Source: Tubiluchus corallicola (lineage: Eukaryota; Animalia; Priapulida). From it: a DNA stretch of 64,000 bases. Below, piece by piece: positions 52,870 to 63,546 of the stretch. The notes under the pieces are model-generated. The model was not told where the DNA came from. It did no database searches and saw nothing but the letters and a program-made list of their open reading frames with translations. Each line of letters starts with the position of its first letter. The first letter of the stretch is position 1. The position numbers and the translations under genes are program-made. The DNA lies in the NCBI GenBank assembly GCA_030141605.1, contig JAQGDQ010000030.1, positions 913,171-977,170 of the forward strand. Reading direction: 5' to 3'.

Positions 52870-55800
52870 CCGCTCTCTCTCTCTTCCTTTCTACCTTATC
52901 TCTCACTTTGGTTGTTACTCGTTTTCGCTTTATACGAAACAAACTCGACGGTTTAAATTGTAGGCGTATAGTTTAACAGATGTTCATTCTTGTGAATTTT
53001 GAATTAAAACTCTGCTTAGGATTGAACTCACGTGCATTTTTAAGTCTTTTGCTTTTAATTTTAAACGAGGTACAATAAAACTCTTAGTAATACACAGAGT
53101 TTTAATCTTGATTCGCATATAGCTCTTTTTTGTTTCTTTCTTTCCTACTTTCTTTCCGCCCTTTTTTCTCTCTTGCTTTCCTTTTCTTTCTTTTTTCTTT
53201 GTTTTTTCGTTCTTTTCTTTTTCTTTCTTCATTCTTTTTCTTTTTTGCGTTCTTTTATCTTTTTTCTTTCGATTTCTGTTTTCTTCTTTTTTCTTTCTTT
53301 ATTCTTTGTAAATGTATTCCACTTAATAACTCGTTAGCCTTTCAAGCTAGAGTCACGACATTCATAAGGTAGGTAGCCAGTGTGAGAAGGGTAGTAGTGC
53401 TGGCGACATCTGACTTCTGGACCAGGGCGGCTGGCATGTCGTTCCATTTTTCGTTAGTCCGCATCTCCTGGGGTTTTTATTTTTCAAAATTATTTTCACA
53501 AGTATTTAGTTATTATGCCGTAAAGTGCACCTTAGGTTTTTAAAAGCCGAAACTCCCGAAGCCGAAAGGAACCGAGACAGGAGCCAAAGCCAGATATCAA
53601 TAACTACATAAACATAAGAGTAAGAATCACGAAACTTGCAAGGTAGTCTGAGATAGGTACTGAGAGAATGGCAATGAGAAAAGTAACTTTGGGGGCAATT
53701 GGTCACAGCGACAAGAGCCAAAATGTGAAACATGGGGCAAATGACTGTGTCATACAACTCCTTTTACTGTACTGGACTAGGTGTCTATATTTTGCATGGG
53801 TAGCCAAGTAAGGATAGATGTGCGCTAAGTATTTACAAGGACCTCTATAATCAGATAGTGTGAATGACCATATCACGTGATATGGGCAAAAATGTTAAAG
53901 CAGTGTTTTGTCAATAACTGGAAATGTAAGCAATCTGGAGTCACAAAACTTGCAGTGCAAACTTTGCTGGAGATATTGGTTCAGACCATGGAATACTGAA
54001 CGATGACATTAGGTGAAGGGGTCAAGAACAGTATATATATATATCAGTTTTCCGTTGGGCTCAGTCTTCTCTTACAGTTTTTGAGCTAGAGAAACAATTT
54101 GTGGTATGTGTCAGATGACGGCTGGTTATTATGCATGACCGAATATGGGTCATTTAGACAATAAAAAAATTTTCAGCTAGGGGCTAAAAACTGAAAGTGG
54201 GAGCATCGGCAACAAATATTTTTCACATTTTTGAAGAAACTTGGTTTCTAGTATATCAAATGAAATGCCTCAGTGAGTCGATGGTATGTAATGGCGCGTT
54301 CACATTAGAGAGTTCTCTCGCAACGTCTCTCTGAGAGTAAACTCGCAGAGGTTACCAAGCCGTTGACACTTGCGAGTTTACTCTCAGAGAGAAGTTACCA
54401 ATCCATTGACGCTTGCGAGTTCATTCTCAGAGAAGATGCGCAATAAGTTGCAAGAGAACTCATTAGTTACGCCGAGATTGGATGAGTCTTGACCCCACTA
54501 TGGGCAAAATAGGAGTCGAGCAGACAAATAATAATTTGTAGCGTATCAAATGAAAGGTCTCGGTGAGATGAAATGAACGGTATAAGTTGGCAGGTGATTA
54601 TTCAACTTTGGCCCATGGGTCCCTGCTTGAAAAGTTGCAAGTTGCAATTTCATTATGAAATGCAGTTCTTGGTAATCGAGCCTATAGTATAGCGATGAGA
54701 AGTTGAGAGTTGCTGTAATTTCACTTTACTAAAGGTAAACAAATAAACCATTGCAGGACACAAGGAAACACATCACAATATTTCAGCAAACAAAAAATTT
54801 AATACAGCAAACTTTGAACATAAAAATTAACAGCTTCTAAATTAAAAAAAGCGAGTTAAATAACTTAAACTAGAATTTAAAAGATAATGCGATATTAGTG
54901 CTACTCTTTGTAATAAATACCGTGCAAATTATGCCACGCAGCCATGGCATCTTCTGTTCACTTTACTGACTACAATTGTTGGTTACCATAACAAAACTTA
55001 TTATAGTTTGTAAACCTGAGCATCCCCTTAATAAACATATAGGACACTACAGCTTATGTTCGCGAAATCGTGTGGCGTGTAATACAAAACAACAATTTAA
55101 GATAAAATAAATTATATTTGAAGACGAAGGTTTGCGATATAAAAATAGGTCATCCTAAAGTTTCGTATTTCTTTCCTTTCTGTTTAGGGATTTGTTCTTC
55201 TGCGGGCTGGCAATTACATTTCTCTATTCCGAGCCAAAGGTGGTGGTTAGTGTCCCAGTCATTTTCAGGACAAATGTGTACACCTCTAGCTAGGACGTTT
55301 GGAGAAAATGTGAAATTCGTGTGATAGTGGAACACGAAATTCCCTTGTTCTAGGCCCTTGAACGTGTCCTTTTCAGATTCCGAATATACCATGCTTATAA
55401 AGTGGAGGGATGCTACTTCTGGATACAGATAGTCCCAACGCTGTATTCTCTTTTCTTCGCACTGTTTAGCTGGTCTTCTTGGCGGTTGCGATCCCTTCTT
55501 TGCTTTTGTTTGCTGCTGTTGCTCCTGCTGTCCTCCGGTATTAAGATCTTCATACACCCTTAAGCTGAGCGATGCAATGTGACAAACCATCTCATTTTTG
55601 AAAATCGCGGACAGGCAAGTGCGGCTTTGGACAGAGCCTTTGTTGTTTTCAGACAAGTCTTTAATTTCGACACCACAATCCATCATTTCCTCCCATTTTA
55701 TCTTTTCTTTAGTTTCGAAGCTATTGCCAGAGTTTACGCTGAAGTAAAAATCTGCACAATCTTCCTTACAGACTGTCTCTGGGCCAGTGGGACAAGGACA

Positions 55801-57508
55801 AGGCGGAGCGGGTCCAAGGTAAACAGACAGTACAAAGGCAGACTTATCCACCAGTCGAGTGTTATCACAGCCGGACACTTCAGGAGAAACCTTTGTTTGT
55901 CCAGGGTGTGCAAAATTTAAGCAGATTAGCACTGCAACTTTACAAATTAGGCAGTTTGCTGCCAACTTCATTCCCGTTCGTGCTTTATGTACACTTGAAC
56001 TTCTTAAATCACTGTCTGTCTGCCAGAATTTATAGCGATCGTACAAATCAGCTTTGCTCGTGTACTGGTAATAATTATTTAGCACGCGATGTGCTGTCCT
56101 CTTTCATCTTCTTCTGTTCTTCAAAAGCGCTGAACTAGTCTTGTATTCGCTTTTTCAAGAATCTGTTAGCATTAATTATTATACGTTCTATTTTACCGCT
56201 GACAATGACGCTAACAAAAAATATTTTGTTCCATCTAGCATTGTTAACGTGACAATTCTAGTTGCTGTTCTAGAGAGGCAAACAACCTAGGAGATACAAT
56301 AGATTTGGTATGGACACGTCACTGAGGAAATTGCAATTCATAGACAAAAAAACTGGATAGCTAGTTGCTGCCGTAAGCTTAATTATAATGTGTACTTCAC
56401 AATGTCTCTGGTATCTAAGTTGATAAGTGACTGGCAAAAGAATTTACTTTCCTCATTAGTTGTTTCTTCCGTCTACATATTTAGTCTATCCGGACATACG
56501 TCCAAACTCAATCGGTTCATCTATATCATCTATATATATATATATATATATATTTATCCATAATATCTATTTATGTATCTAACTATCTGTCTGTCTTCTT
56601 ATCTTTCGTTCTCCGTTTCTTTCTCTTTTTTCGTTCTTTCTCATTTTCTTTCCTTCTTCCCCTTCTCCATTCCTACGCTTTTTTATCTCTTTGTCCTGTA
56701 ACCGTTCTCCCTTTCAACCCCTCTCTCTTCCTTCTCTCTCCATCTCTCTCTTTCGCTCATTTTCTGTCTCTCTCCTTTTTGCCTTTCATTGTCTTTTTTT
56801 CTATTTTACTCTTATGTGAAGAAAAATCAGTTTTTGTGCTGCCGTCATTGGTTTCTCTCATATAGTAGTTACCTTTTTCTTCCAGAAAGTCCCTGTTACT
56901 TTTCTGTGACGGGTCCCCAATTAATACTATCACGCTCTATGACATATTGGGCAGAATAATTGATTTTCGACACAAAGAGCAAGCAGTACTGTGTGAAGTG
57001 CAAAATGTAACAACAGAAACGCAGTTAACCCACAAAATAATCCAGTTACAATTATCTTACTGAATGCCACTTCCTCATTTGTTGTACCATTGGTTTCAAT
57101 ATTTATGTTTGTGGTATTTTGTAACATGTATTTGTGACAAAATATTCGTAATGTCTCTTAACCCACACTTTTGCAAGCAGGTTTTTTCAAATTATGGTGT
57201 TTCAGTGTGTTTTTGCTTCATCGTAACATCTTGGATCTTGCTCCTTCGTCGTCATTGTGGCAAAAACTATTAAAACAAATTACTGAAAAATTTATTTATA
57301 ACAAAAAAGATAATGCTTTTTATAATTGAGAAAATAAAATATTTTACATGCCCGAAATATAGATTTTAGTAGGAAATACCTGTATTGGAAAATTCAGTTC
57401 TATATAAGTAAGTAAGTAAGTAAGTCAGTCAGTCAGTCAGTCAGTCAGTCAGTCAGTCAGTCAGTCAGTCAGTCAGTCAGTCAGTCAGTCAGTCAGTCAG
57501 TAGTAAGT

Positions 57509-57567
<59 letters not shown>

Positions 57568-57568
57568 T

Positions 57569-57603
<35 letters not shown>

Positions 57604-60302
57604 TAGTAAGTATGTAAGTTTATTAAAACAACACTGTGTTGTTAAAAACTGAATTACTATGTATATACAAATGGTACACAAAAATATTTTAAAAGTTAAA
57701 ACGCACGCAAAAATTTACTAAACAATATTAATTTTCCACGCAGTTTACATAAAATTACAAGTATGAAAAAACATTACACATCAACTGCAAATACTAATTA
57801 TGAAAAATCAGCTACTAAAATGTTTTTAACTAAATTTTCCAAAACGTTTCATTTGACTTTCTGTAATCTTTGCTATTCAGTAGTCTAAAAAATTGCAAGG
57901 GAGACGTTTTGTACGTTCTACATTTTTCTTCAATATATTTTTCTTTTTATCTAATGAATTTAGACCCACCTGTTTGTTTTCTTGTTGCTGGAATTAAATT
58001 GCTATGTCTTGATTTTTTAATTTTCTACCAAATTATTTATTTATTTACCGAAGATAAATTAGTTCACCTTTCTTCCACTAATTCCACTTTTAAACCAACT
58101 AGTGCATTTCTGCATGTTCTATAGTTATTATGTAGTATAATTTTGCATACCCTTTATTGAAATTATTCAAGTTCTTTGGATTGTGAAGCAGTGATGTTAG
58201 AGTGCCAGACGCAATTGTGCTTTCTAAAATGGGACGAATGTATGTAACATATATTTTAACTAGATTAACATTTGTTGCCCTTGAACGTCTTAGAAGCCTT
58301 CGAGCAGCTTTTCAGATTAAAGCTTCGTTATGAATATCCTCCTTTAGGTTTGTTTGTACCGTGACTCCTAATGGTCTACTACGGGGAAATCTGTGTCATT
58401 TAAACAAATATTTGATGGTTGTGAGGTTGCTCCTACGATTTTGATATACAATTTTGGCACCTGCTTTCAAGCAAATAATATAAAATATGCCCAGGAATGA
58501 CAGAGTGAGATTATTTGGATTTTTTTGGGACATGATTTCCTCCTGAAGGAATAAAATCTCCAAAAAATACTTGTTACACCCTAATATACGGTTCAGCCAC
58601 AAATTCCTATCTGCTACCCGTTTTACTAACTTTAACTACAAATATCTGTTTGTCTAATTTTGGTAGCGTGCATGATATACTTGCCCGAGAGGTCATTTCG
58701 ATTAAAAATGTTTCGATCGTCCCAGAACACCCATCCTTCAAAGAATCCCATTGGGCAGTCTTGCTTGCGAGCCTTAAAGACGCAAAATGAACCTGCAGGC
58801 CAATTATCGTCGCCAGATGTTTCCCATGTCGTCTTCATACAGAAAGATTGGTCCATGTTTTTCTTTGCTGTACAATAACAAGCATATCTGTGTGAGGCTA
58901 CAAATGACTGATCCATGTTTGAATAATAAAACTAAAAATTACGCTGAACGATGAAAAATGATAATCGATCTTAGTAAGCATATTTCTGTGATTCGATCCT
59001 AAATAAAAATAAAAATAAATAATAGAATAGAATGACATTAAACTTTACAAACTGGTGTCAAGCTAAATGCCTGATTTGCTTGCCTACTTACCGTATTCGG
59101 GGTAAAAACTGAGTGGGACACTCCATTCATTACCATCTTCCGTGTCGTGACGTCTCTGTCCAAAACGCCAAGGGAAGTCCTGGTCCGTGTTAGTAGGGCA
59201 GCCACTCTTTGGCGCAGTCAAGCCCCAATAACCTCGAGGCCATTTTAAACCATGTGCTGCAAGGTTTGTTAGACCTTAATTACTTCAGAGTGATTATACG
59301 TGTGTGCATAATACCAAATGTTTTTGATATGCATCCATTTTGGTTTAATCGATCATTTTGGGAATCTAGCACTTTGAGAGAGGGTATATTCATATCATAC
59401 ACATCAGACAGTGGTTGACTCTATACGTCTGCCGATTTAGCACCATATATTAGATGACGATTATTGATAATGAGATAAGTTCACAGCCTGACGTAACTAC
59501 CTTCTTAGCCTTTCGCGGAACACCGTCTCCCAGTTTGCAGTGCATATTAAAGAAGAAACACACTTCCAAGTATTTCTTAAAATTATTTTTTTAAACTTAT
59601 GGTAAAGTAAATTACTTCATTAATCAAATTGCAACAAAAATATATTAATTAAGTGATAAAAAATTACCGTATTGATAGCATTAACGTTACCACAGTATTA
59701 GTACAGGTTACTACTGTATTAATAATTACAGGTTCTTGATTTTAGTAACTTATAGAACTACATCTGTGCATTGCTCTGTCGACACCCGATTTAAGAGCCA
59801 ACTAAAGAACTGTAATGCATTGCCAAACAATAACCATACAAAACATAACTAAAAAAGAAAAACGTGGAAGGGATAGGACTGAGCTATGATTTGAACCAGA
59901 GATCCTTGAATTACGTCTATGACATGACAACTTGTGGAAGTTAAAGTAATTGCCAATGATGTATATCAATGCCTCTTTCTCTGTTTACACTCTTCCAAAC
60001 AATGTAATTCGCCTTAGCGAGGTGAATTAATCACTGTATAGTACCAGTCATGTAATATTTGTGATCTGTAATTTTGGAATTAAAGGACAAGCCCTAACTG
60101 AGTGCCGGATGGCTTGCTTGTAGTTAATGAAAAAGATGTGAATCAATATCTGAAAATCTCATCGCCACAATGCGATCTGGAAATGGTTGTCATTTTAAAT
60201 TGCCAACACAAGATTGACAAACTTTCCCTTTAAATTACACTAATCATTTTCATGCTTACCTAGACTAGCACAAAAGAGAACGAAGCACACGATTATTCTC
60301 AT
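50854..60302 (-). CDS. Secreted apextrin C-terminal (ApeC) domain protein, paralogue A, 233 aa
   Basis: Exons 60302-60260, 59256-59092, 58867-58685, 52657-52518 and 51024-50854 (702 nt; phases 1,1,1,0; intron 3 has a GC donor). Signal peptide MRIIVCFVLFCASLAHG, then WPRGYWGL..PKSGCP, HDTED, FCMK, WPAGSFCVFK, CP.GF.EGWVFWDD, PDG.Y..DT...YCCRDDG...NPI.LP...PFYLLR..G.CQEV.GM and YCYY, the ApeC signature. Confidence 0.88.
52803..52882. repeat. (TC)n microsatellite with a poly-C interruption
   Basis: Directly visible. Confidence 0.95.
53120..53305. repeat. T/C-rich low-complexity tract
   Basis: Directly visible; source of the Lys-rich and Phe-rich spurious ORFs. Confidence 0.9.
54293..54465. repeat. 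Palindromic MITE-like element with a perfect 22-bp inverted repeat, inside a larger non-autonomous repeat (about 53480-54630)
   Basis: 54326-54347 and 54371-54392 are exact reverse complements; outer IR 54310-54324/54447-54461. The host repeat carries two copies of tatcaaatgaaa.g.ctc.gtgag (about 54254 and 54544). Confidence 0.7.
55150..55971 (-). CDS. Unrecognised secreted cysteine-rich protein (273 aa), intronless, nested in ApeC paralogue A intron 3
   Basis: An 822-nt ORF from the ATG at 55971 in AT-rich DNA, with GC content above the flanks. Signal-peptide-like MKLAANCLICKVAVLICLNFAHPG, 12 Cys in the mature part and an NFT sequon. Candidate upstream acceptor ctcctag| at 56286 and ATTAAA at 54798-54803. 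Confidence 0.7.
   Translation of the reverse strand: MKLAANCLICKVAVLICLNFAHPGQTKVSPEVSGCDNTRLVDKSAFVLSVYLGPAPPCPCPTGPETVCKEDCADFYFSVNSGNSFETKEKIKWEEMMDCGVEIKDLSENNKGSVQSRTCLSAIFKNEMVCHIASLSLRVYEDLNTGGQQEQQQQTKAKKGSQPPRRPAKQCEEKRIQRWDYLYPEVASLHFISMVYSESEKDTFKGLEQGNFVFHYHTNFTFSPNVLARGVHICPENDWDTNHHLWLGIEKCNCQPAEEQIPKQKGKKYETLG
56930..57127 (-). CDS. Candidate 65-aa single-pass membrane microprotein
   Basis: ATG-initiated; N-terminal NTT and NGT sequons followed by a long hydrophobic stretch (IIVTGLFCGLTAFLLLHFALHTVLLALCV) and a CxxC; followed by a donor AAG|GTAACT at 56872. Confidence 0.35.
   Translation of the reverse strand: MLQNTTNINIETNGTTNEEVAFSKIIVTGLFCGLTAFLLLHFALHTVLLALCVENQLFCPICHRA
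57406..57618. repeat. Compound tetranucleotide microsatellite (TAAG)n-(TCAG)n-(TAAG)n
   Basis: Directly visible. Confidence 0.95.
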
Positions 60303-61216
60303 TACTTTCCCTTCTCGAAGTCAACAATAAAGTTTCTCTCGCCACAGGTGGAAAAACCGCTGCTACAAAGTACCAGCCCTATGGTAGGTATAAGATAAAT
60401 ATACGCATATCTAACAGAAGTTAAATGCGTGATTAAGATAGCGCGTAGTACAAGTTAGTACACAAGAAATGCGCAGAAAGGTCTGGGTGGAGCCAAGGTC
60501 AAGTGGAAAAAATTAAAAGTTTGAATGGCTTACAAATGCGAATTTAAACTCAGCGCCGCGCTTGGTTTGAGCGCCGAACATGGCTATGTCCTTAACAGAA
60601 GTAACAACACGCGAGACAGTTTTTAATTTATTTTATTCATTTTATACATACCAATTGGTAAAATACAGTGTATAGTAAAAACAACTAAATAAAATAGGTT
60701 GACAAAAAAGCATGAAAATGCAAGTTTTACAAGAGTGTGGTAGAGACACCGTGGCCTACTACTCGCCTGGGGGCATAAAAAACCTGCAGTTTAATACACT
60801 AGTTTCCTTCCTGGTATGACATGACTATGCTGAGGTTTTTGTGCTATTTAGCATTGGCTGTTAGGAGTGAAAATTTGATAGTTTATGTCACCTAGTAGGT
60901 GGTATAATAAGATGTAATTACATTTTATTACAATAGCTGTACAAACAGAATTAATTTTTACAAACTCGAAGCATGCGCGGCTGTCATTCCGTAACAGGCC
61001 TACACTGGCGACATGTGTTTCAATTCACACACAACTCAAACATTTTAGATAGTTTGCCTGATGGTAAATATATTTGCATCAGTGAACAAAATACATATAA
61101 TCAAGGACATTCATCTTTTAATATGTTATCTATGCTCACACGAAGCCACATCACGTCTTCTTGTTTAGCACAGCCAGTTGTATTGGATGCATGTGACTGA
61201 GCAGACCACTGAGAAA

Positions 61217-61727
61217 ATGAAGCAACTGATGATTTTGGGCTTTTTGCTAGGAGTTGGTAAGTCATCAACCAGTAAGATGAAATATGTTTATCATTATTAA
61301 CTACTGAAAAGTTGTGTTATATTTTTTGACAGATTTTGCAATAATTCCTTATCCTTCGCAAACAGCCAGGAATTTACACTTGCACTTAAAATATAAAAGC
61401 TGTTATATTTTTTTAGAAATCTGCTTCTTTAATTGAGACAGCAGATTGTCAATTTTCGTAAATATTTGTTACACAGGTGAATCAAACATTAACTTACTGT
61501 GACAACGTAGAAGACCTACAACTAATTTATACATTCAGTTATACGTTAGTTTAAAAGGTAAAATACGAAAAAGTTGCAAAGTATTTCTAGAATGCGGCGC
61601 ACTTAGTATTAGTAATTATTGCATTAATGACAAGACAAAGGTTTTTAATTACCACACGGACACTGAACAGCTACCTTTGTTATCGTTACAAAAAATCTTG
61701 ATAATTATACAGTATACGAAAAGGTGG

Positions 61728-61799
<72 letters not shown>

Positions 61800-63546
61800 C
61801 ATATTAATGATTTTAATTTGTGATGTTTTGCAGCACAATCACAAATCCTACCTAAAACAAAATGGCCAAAAGGTTCCTACGGGCTGACAAAATCAGACTC
61901 GGGATGTCCGGCGGGATACGACTCCTGGAAAGAGGGAATCCGGTACCACGACACTGAACCGCTGTTTCCCTCCAATGACTGGAGCATTCCACTCAACTTT
62001 TACGGCTATTACGGAAAGGTTTGACATTTCTCATGAACAAGTTGCAAAGCAATACATTTAAATAGTACAGCAAAGCAACACGAAAATAGGCTACGTAAGG
62101 TAAAGTATAATAAGGTAACATGAGGTAAGGTGAGGTAAAGTGAGATGAGGTGAAGTGAAGTGAGGTGAGGTGAGACGAAATGAGGTGAGATGAGGCTGGA
62201 GGATGTGAAATGTGGTGAAGTAATATATACTTTAAGTTAATATGAGGTAAAGTAAAATAAGGTAAGGTAAGGTAAGGTAAGGTAAGGTAAGGTAAGGTAA
62301 GGTAAGGTTTACAAGGTAAAGTAAAATAAGGTAAGGTAAGGTAAGGTAAAGCAACGCAAAGTATGGTAAAATAAGATAACGTAAAATAACCTAAGATGAA
62401 GCAATGTAATGTGTCGCAAAACAGCCATATTATGCTTACAGCGGTATCATTATGTAGCATTGCTTATCATTTCAGTACAGTCGTTATACATAACGTACAC
62501 AACATGGCAGACATGGCATGATGTAATATGACACGAAATTGACATGAGATAACATGATGTTGAGAAGTCGAACATAACACGATTTGACCTTACATGACGT
62601 AGTAATTGTAAATATCAAACAGAGAAAAATTGAAAATCACAGACATTTGATATACCGAACATTATGTAATATATCCAAATACGGTGTGATGTAAGATAGC
62701 GAAAAGCAACAGAATGGAACTTAACGTAAGCAAGCATAATGTAAAGCACAACAAAACACCATGACATAACATACCCCGACACTTGCATAAGATAATATAT
62801 TGTAACGTACCATAAATCAATAATGTCATGTTTAAATAAATCATAATTCTAATTTTTCTTTTTCTCACTTATTCTTATTTTAGAACGATATGGAACAGCA
62901 CTTTTGTATGAAAATTATAGATGATGGTGTAGAAGAGACAGAGGGTGAAGACTGGCCTGAAGGCGTCTATTGCATCTTTAAAGCACAGGATAGAAACTGT
63001 CCACCAGGTTTCGAAGAACCTGGTTATATAAAAATTGACGATCATGGCAAAAATAATCAGGTTTAAATGTTAATGTTTTCAAGATTCTAAACTAACACAC
63101 AAGACAGGATTATGTTTAAACACGAGTTGTTAAAAGCAGCAATACGTTTATTCTGAAGCACCGAGTTTCAGTACATGTAATATACAGTAATTCTCTATTA
63201 TAGCACTTAATTACTATTTCTTGGCAAGTTTTTTAAATACAATTTTTTAAGAAGAGAATATACTACTTATGCTTCCTCAAGAACTAGTTTGATTTCTAAA
63301 GCATTCAATATTGTAAATTTAATTTCTCCATTGTTTACGCGATTCATATGTACATCGCCTGTTTCAACTGCATCCATACCAGTCTTCTTTTAATACCAGG
63401 TTTGGGGTGATGTTCCTGATGGCGTATATACAGATGACACTTTGTTACGTTACTGCTGCAGAGACGACGGCTTCACATCAAATCCAATAAAGCTTCCAAA
63501 AGATACAAATTTCTTTCTTTTCCGCCATGCTGAGGTTTGTCAAGAG
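61217..63546 (+). CDS. Secreted ApeC domain protein, paralogue B (last exon beyond the window)
   Basis: Exons 61217-61256, 61834-62018, 62884-63060 and 63400-63546 (phases 1,0,0,0). Signal peptide MKQLMILGFLLGVAQS, then WPKGSYGL..SDSGCP, HDTEP, FCMK, WPEGVYCIFK, CPPGF, GDVPDGVY.DDT..RYCCRDDG...NPIKLP and CQE; collinear with paralogue A. Confidence 0.88.
61731..61796. repeat. (TA)n microsatellite
   Basis: About 33 TA units directly visible. Confidence 0.97.
62095..62830. repeat. Pentanucleotide satellite (GGTAA)n/(GGTGA)n decaying into ACATG/ACATA-type 5-mers
   Basis: Perfect GGTAA runs at 62258-62307 and 62328-62349; 5-nt periodicity persists weakly to about 62830. Confidence 0.85.

Noticed and set aside
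52711-53372. Ser/Leu-, Lys- and Phe-rich ORFs
   Set aside because: Products of (TC)n and T-rich low-complexity DNA.
55972-56085. First 38 codons of the 311-aa ORF-track entry
   Set aside because: Begins at GTG; the first ATG (55971) starts a signal peptide and is the better start.
57493-57681. LTYL-repeat ORF
   Set aside because: Translation of (TAAG)n.
60303-61216. NF-kB sites in the ApeC bidirectional promoter
   Set aside because: Only partial matches to GGGRNNYYCC; not supportable.
61993-62460. 155-aa LPYLT-repeat ORF
   Set aside because: Antisense translation of the (GGTAA)n satellite.
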